A model generated the notes under the pieces. It ran no database searches, was not told the DNA's origin, and was given only the letters and a program-made list of their open reading frames with translations. Positions 58,231-64,000 of a DNA stretch of 64,000 nucleotides are shown piece by piece. The position numbers were made by a program, and so were the translations under genes. Source of the DNA: Octopus vulgaris (lineage: Eukaryota); the NCBI GenBank assembly GCA_951406725.2, contig OX597815.1:61070001-61134000 (forward strand). The letters are read 5' to 3'. Within the stretch, counting starts at the first letter, position 1. Every line of letters starts with the position of its first letter.

Positions 58231-59055
58231 TATAGACGTAACGCACGCGCAAATACACACACACTCACAGACACCTACACTCTCATACACATATGTATAT
58301 GCATGTGTAGATGTATGTGTAGTAGTTATCTTTTTATGATATGGAATGATCATAGCTGGAATGCCTTTGATATCGGATTGTGTTCATCTACTGACCTGGC
58401 GAAAATATTTGTTGGCCGCGTGCGAGCCATATGTGGTGGTTCTAATTTCTAATCTTAAACACCAACAATATATAATACTTAAAAATACAGGGGATTGCAT
58501 GTACACACACTAAATTAACCTCCATCCCACAATAGTTGAAATAAAGATGGGCGTCCTTTAACATGTTTAACAGTGAAAGTGTGAACCAAAATAGATGTTT
58601 TACGAAAATGAAAGAATATATTTGAAAGCGATTTCTATTTCAAACAAGCTTCCTATATCTTCATCACGTCACACAGATCACAAAACATTTTGTAACGTTA
58701 AATCTGATAAATTTTTATCTCGTGAAATGCTTTCAACGCAGCTTGTGTTTTAGTAGGCTTAGTCAAAGAACGACAAATCACTTGACGATGGCACCTAACC
58801 AACCAACAGACATTCTCGTATCCCCACCCTCTATGAAAATGATTGGTTGTGAGATTCTCCAGTGTTAACCTGTGAAAATTATTGGCGAGAAGTGAGAAGA
58901 TGGAATAACTGCAATATTGTTATTTTTTAACCAGAAAAAAATTAGTTTTAAACATAAAACATTAAAATCTTGTTTCCTTGAGTGAAATGTTTGGTAAACA
59001 AGCCGACTCAATCGAATTTATTCAATGGACAATTTCCAATTTCTTCCCGTATATA

Positions 59056-59972
59056 TTGGGTCATCCCATAAATAATGCAGGTTTTTTCCATTTCTTTTAT
59101 TTTTCAAAATTAAGATAATCAAAGTTCTTTTTTAATCTAAAATATACTCTCCTTCATTTTCTATAATGCTATTCCATCAATCTAGTAGACTTGCAAGGCT
59201 CCTCTTCCAAAATTCTCTTGTCCCAAACGAACACTATCCCTGCAGTACTGTTCTGACCTTGTCTACAGAATTCATTTATTTTCCGTCCAAATGATTTTGA
59301 AGACTGTGGAATAAATGATAATCAGATGGGGCAATGTCCGGCGAATATGATAGATGGGGCATCGTTTCCCATTCAAACTGATCCAACATTTGGAATGTCA
59401 TCCATACTGTATGTGGCTGAGAATTATCCTGATGGAAGAATACCTTTTGTCTTGAAACCAAAGATGGTCGTTTTTCTTCTAGCACTGCCTTGAATGACTC
59501 GTTGAATGACCAAATCTAAGCTTCTCTTCTAGTTTCTCAACAGTTACGATGGAATTTTGTTCCACCAGGGTTTGCAGGACGTCCTCATCGAGCTCTATAG
59601 ATCTTCCAGGATGAGGCTTGTCTTCTAGGCTGTAGCTTCCTGCTCGGAATTTCTGTAGCCGTTGTTGACACTGGTTTACGCTTATTGTTCGATCCCCATA
59701 TACGGCATTAATATTTCTCGCACTTTCTGTTGCGTTCTAGCCTTTATTGAAAGCAAAGTATGCCGAATATGCTCCTTTGTCACTTCCATTATAGTTTTGA
59801 AAAAATAAATGTTAAAATCGAACCGCACTCTTCAAAACTTGCACTAAGAATAAGGACAAGTTAAAATCATTACCTACTTTTATAGCAAGTTGATGCAGAT
59901 AGTTTATCCCGACCCCCTCCGGTTTTAGTTCATGCAATTGAAAAAAAACGCATTATTTATGGGATGACCCAA
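59056..59972 (-). mobile_element. Internally deleted mariner
   Basis: TIRs TTGGGTCATCCCATAAATAATGC with TA flanks; FHQDNSQPH and YSPDIAPSDYHLF. Confidence 0.85.
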
Positions 59973-59982
59973 TATACATACG

Positions 59983-60034
<52 letters not shown>

Positions 60035-60252
60035 CAAAATTGATAGTTCTAAAATCTCTCTGAGATCAACGCTGTAGTTGTACTGGCAAGTAATATTCGT
60101 AGTCACTTCAACATGGCTGTCCATTCGAGCGGACTCTACTGCCGATTTTAGCCCCAAGAGGACATCTCCTCTAGCTGGTTAACGATGCACGGCTGCATCC
60201 GATAAAATTGCCAGCAGGCGAGCAAACCCCTACTATCTCTTAGCGACGCGAG

Positions 60253-60301
60253 CAGTAGACAAGCCCTCGTTTCGGGCTATTTCTGCCTCTCCTCAGTACT
60301 G
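60253..60301 (-). ncRNA. Compact type I hammerhead ribozyme, intact core
   Basis: CAGTA-CTGAGGA-GaGGC agaaata GCCC-GAAA-CGAGGGCTTG-TC^-TACTG. Confidence 0.75.
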
Positions 60302-60429
60302 GACAACTCGTCTGCTAGAGTTGACAGCAGCTCGCTTCTGCACGCAATATATATATTGTTGCCAAATCAGTGACTGTGTATTCGCTTGAAGTATATGTAT
60401 TGCATGCAGAAGCGAGCTGATATCATCCC

Positions 60430-62435
60430 TAGCAGACAGTCAACAACCAAGAACTAAAGGAGGATATCCAAAACTTCTGTCGTAAGTTACGACTTGTGGA
60501 ATTCTTCACTAATAAAAGTAATGTGATTGATGAATCCCTAATAAAGAGTAAATCAAATTTTACCCCACCAAAAGGAAGAAACAACTATCTTGACCAATAA
60601 ATTGATATCCTGTCAAAATTTCCCTAAGACGCAAATTAACGTCAGGCCAAACATTAACTAATCCGAAATGTTTGCACTTAAACGTATACAAAACGATCAA
60701 ACAATAATTATTAAACAAGCAGATAAACGTGGTGCAAGTGTTATTATGGATGCAGAATACTATAAGGATCTGGTTGAGAACCAACTGAAGGACACAACCT
60801 TCTATCGTGATATACCTACAAATATAGACCACCACATCATGAAGAATATCAACAACCTGGTTTCAAAACAGCACAACTCAGAGATAATAAAAGATACTAC
60901 ATTACCTATTTCGAGCCCAAACCAGCAACTTCTACAGCTTTCCGAAAATACATAGATCAAAAGATATTCAACATGCAGTAAAAGAACAAGAAAGTGAGTA
61001 CATAAGATTACTGCATCCAAAAGACTTAAGACCTATTGTAGCTGGTCCAGCATGCTCTACCCACCATCTAAGTAATTTTATTGATATTCCTTTGAAACCA
61101 CTATGTACCTACATACCCAGTTTCATCCGGAATGACATTGATCCTCTCCTCTCTTTCCAAAACAACTGAAACAAATTCACTTCTACTTAGTTTTGACGGG
61201 ATACGCCTTTACACACAGATCGAACTATGGTTCTTAGTAAAAGACAGCTTAAAAACTTGAAGAAATTATTTAAAAAGGCAAAGTTTGACCTTAGTAACAA
61301 AGACCAATCGTTCCCTGTGTTTAAATGCAATGATAGCCAATGTGACACTTGCCAATTCATACATACTGGCCAATATATGAACACAAAACCCGGAAAAATA
61401 TTCACAAGCGCAAATATGAACTGCAAAAGCAGAAATTTAATTTACTGCATCAAATGCCCAAATTGTTAAGAACATATGTGGGTCAGACTAGAAATGCACT
61501 ATCAAAACTTCACGTGTGCACTGACAGCAAATCAGAGACCCAGATGTCAGTCAGATACCTTTGAGTAACCATCTAGCAACATGTGGTCGGAAAATATTTA
61601 TAGTATTTCCATTCTACAAACTACACAGCCCAAGAGAAACTGAGAGAAAAATCAGAGAAAAGAACTATATTAACAAATTCCAACCCAAGCTAAATAAACC
61701 ATAATACTAATACTTAGAAGTACTATTTCTACTGCTACGACCACTACCACTAACAGCAACAACAATACTAAAGGTGCTGATGATGACGAAAGCAGGAAAA
61801 TACTAACTAAGTCAAGAGAAAAGACAGTAAAAATAATCTTATTTGTTATTTTTTACTACTACAGCTACTCCTACCACTACCACCATCACCACCACCACCA
61901 ACAACAACAACGACGACGACGACAATAATAAGGGATATGATAATGGTGATGATGATAATTGAAATATAAAAATCCCAGGGAAATGTTGTTTATAACATTT
62001 CTAAAAATAGCCCAACAATTACTGCTTTGGCTAGGATCACAATACAAGTCTCTTGACATGATCAACACACCGTGACGCCTAAACTACACACCAATCAACT
62101 TAAGTAATTTAGTAAAACCACACACTAATTGGTCAGAATATAGTTTGCAAAAATTAATGTTCTAGAGTCTATACAAATGTATTTAAGACACATAGTTTAG
62201 CCATCTCACTACAATTGTAAATTTTAAAACATAACTGTCACCACTACTACATGAACCGGAAGATTGCATAGTTTAATGCATGAAGGTACTAGTTCAATCA
62301 GAATGGACATTTAATATTCTATCATTTCATTATATTATCTTATATTATCTTATAAAATTGTAAATAAAATATGAAAATCAGAAAAAGCTGGAATTTCTTT
62401 GAGTATTATATTCTTCTATACACAATCATATACAC
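60430..62435 (+). mobile_element. Degraded Neptune-type PLE with deleted RT core and degenerate terminal hammerhead (62252-62296)
   Basis: IIIKQADKRGASVIMD, LRPIVAGPACST, CNDSQCDTC, MNCKSRNLIYCIKCPNC...YVGQT; TGAAC-CGGAAGA-tTGCAT...ATGCAt-GAAG-GTAC-TA-GTTCA. Confidence 0.8.
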
Positions 62436-62468
62436 TCGTATATATATATATATATATATATATATGCA

Positions 62469-62532
<64 letters not shown>

Positions 62533-62669
62533 TGTGTGTGTGTGTGTTCCCTCCCTCCATCGCTTGACAGCCGATGTTGGTGTATTTCCCGGGGTCGATT
62601 TCCTCGACTAAATGCGGTATCCCAACATGGCCGCAGTCAGATGGCTGAAACAAGTAACATAATAAAAGA

Positions 62670-62714
<45 letters not shown>

Positions 62715-62897
62715 CATATACAGAGAGAGAGAGAGAGAAATAGAGACACAGCAACAGAGTGGAGATAGACAGGTGTATAGACAAATGAAATATAGGTATA
62801 GATATATAAGCATAGATATATATGTATAAGGACATATACAAACATGCATACATACATACATACATACATACATACATACATACATACATAAGTGTGT

Positions 62898-62948
<51 letters not shown>

Positions 62949-64000
62949 AATCTGTGATGATACACTATAAGCAATAAATTACTGGACTCAATACAAATGT
63001 AGAGTATTCTTTAATTCATTATAACCGAAATGTTCCAATTTCCAGTACTCAGGGTTGCCCATATCCGATTTTTAGCTGGTAAACGAGCCTAGCTTTCCTT
63101 TGAAGATTTAAGGTCTGAATAATTTTTGAGACATGAAACGAAAGTTTGAAGGTAACGCTTATCGTTATGCTCTTTCCTTTAAAAAACCTTGACGAAAGAC
63201 ATGTGCAAAAATAACTGCTTCAAGCTCACGCCTTTGATTTCATTTCTGGTTTTCGTGGTACTATTATATAAACTTCATAAACTCCATACAATCGAAGTCA
63301 TGAAAGTGCATTGCTGTTCAAGCAATGTTCCAAAATAATACTTTGAAATAATACTGTTAATTAATAATTCTAAATTAATGTTTTAAAAAAAACAGTGAGT
63401 GTGTATGCAGGTGTTCATTCTATATGCGCCTGTGCAGACACATACATATATACATATGTTCACACATAGACACACATATATATACACTGAATAATATGTT
63501 CGTATTTAGATATATACATACATGTATATATATATATATATCTGGTATATATATATATGCACCTATGCCTATATACATATACTCACATGTAAACACGGAC
63601 ATATACATATTAAAACATATATTAATAAAACCTATTAATTAAACATTTCGAAAACCAACATTTTTTTTTCTGAACCAGAGTGAAATTCAAGGAGGCTTGT
63701 ATTTTCATAAAAGACTCTCAGCCACATGCATACAAGGCGTTAACATCTCACTTTTTTGTTCAAACTACTGGTACCTTGAATCAAAATTCTCAGTTTTTCA
63801 ATCAACGAAAGTTGACACTGCATCTTTGATTTGAAGCTTTTGTTCCTGTATTGTTGCGCATTATCTACAATAGATAAGGTAATTTCGAATTCATGACGAC
63901 TTGTCTTACGCAAGAACCATGCAAACTTCAACAAAGCTGTAGCACATTTTCCGGTGGGGCTGACAAATGAGTGTTTATGATTGTAATAACGGCTTTTGAA

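Noticed and set aside
63000-64000. Possible pogo/Tigger DDE remnant (SIVDNAQQY)
   Set aside because: One weak motif and no TIR seen.

Overview
Repeat-dominated, AT-rich eukaryotic DNA. The density of (TA)n/(CA)n/(CATA)n/(TAA)n tracts and the SINE families look like an octopus/coleoid cephalopod genome (inference from sequence style, not a search). I recognise no host protein-coding exon; most ORFs in the track are microsatellite artefacts. The window holds a near-complete R4/Dong retrotransposon and a near-complete L1/Tx1 retrotransposon, both nested in the poly-Asn (AAT)n linker of a truncated Penelope-like element (PLE). It also holds several other PLE remnants, at least six mariner copies, Helitrons (one head-to-tail dimer, one RepHel deletion derivative), a MITE and tRNA-derived SINEs. 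The most striking signal is at about 34.6-37.2 kb: a non-coding array of near-identical 533-bp units, each carrying an intact type I hammerhead ribozyme with a palindromic stem III. The array switches orientation part-way and is flanked by a 10-15 bp direct repeat, which fits a retrozyme-like or PLE-pLTR concatemer inserted by reverse transcription. About ten further hammerhead motifs of different sequence mark PLE ends across the window. All folds were done by eye, and coordinates of degraded elements are approximate.
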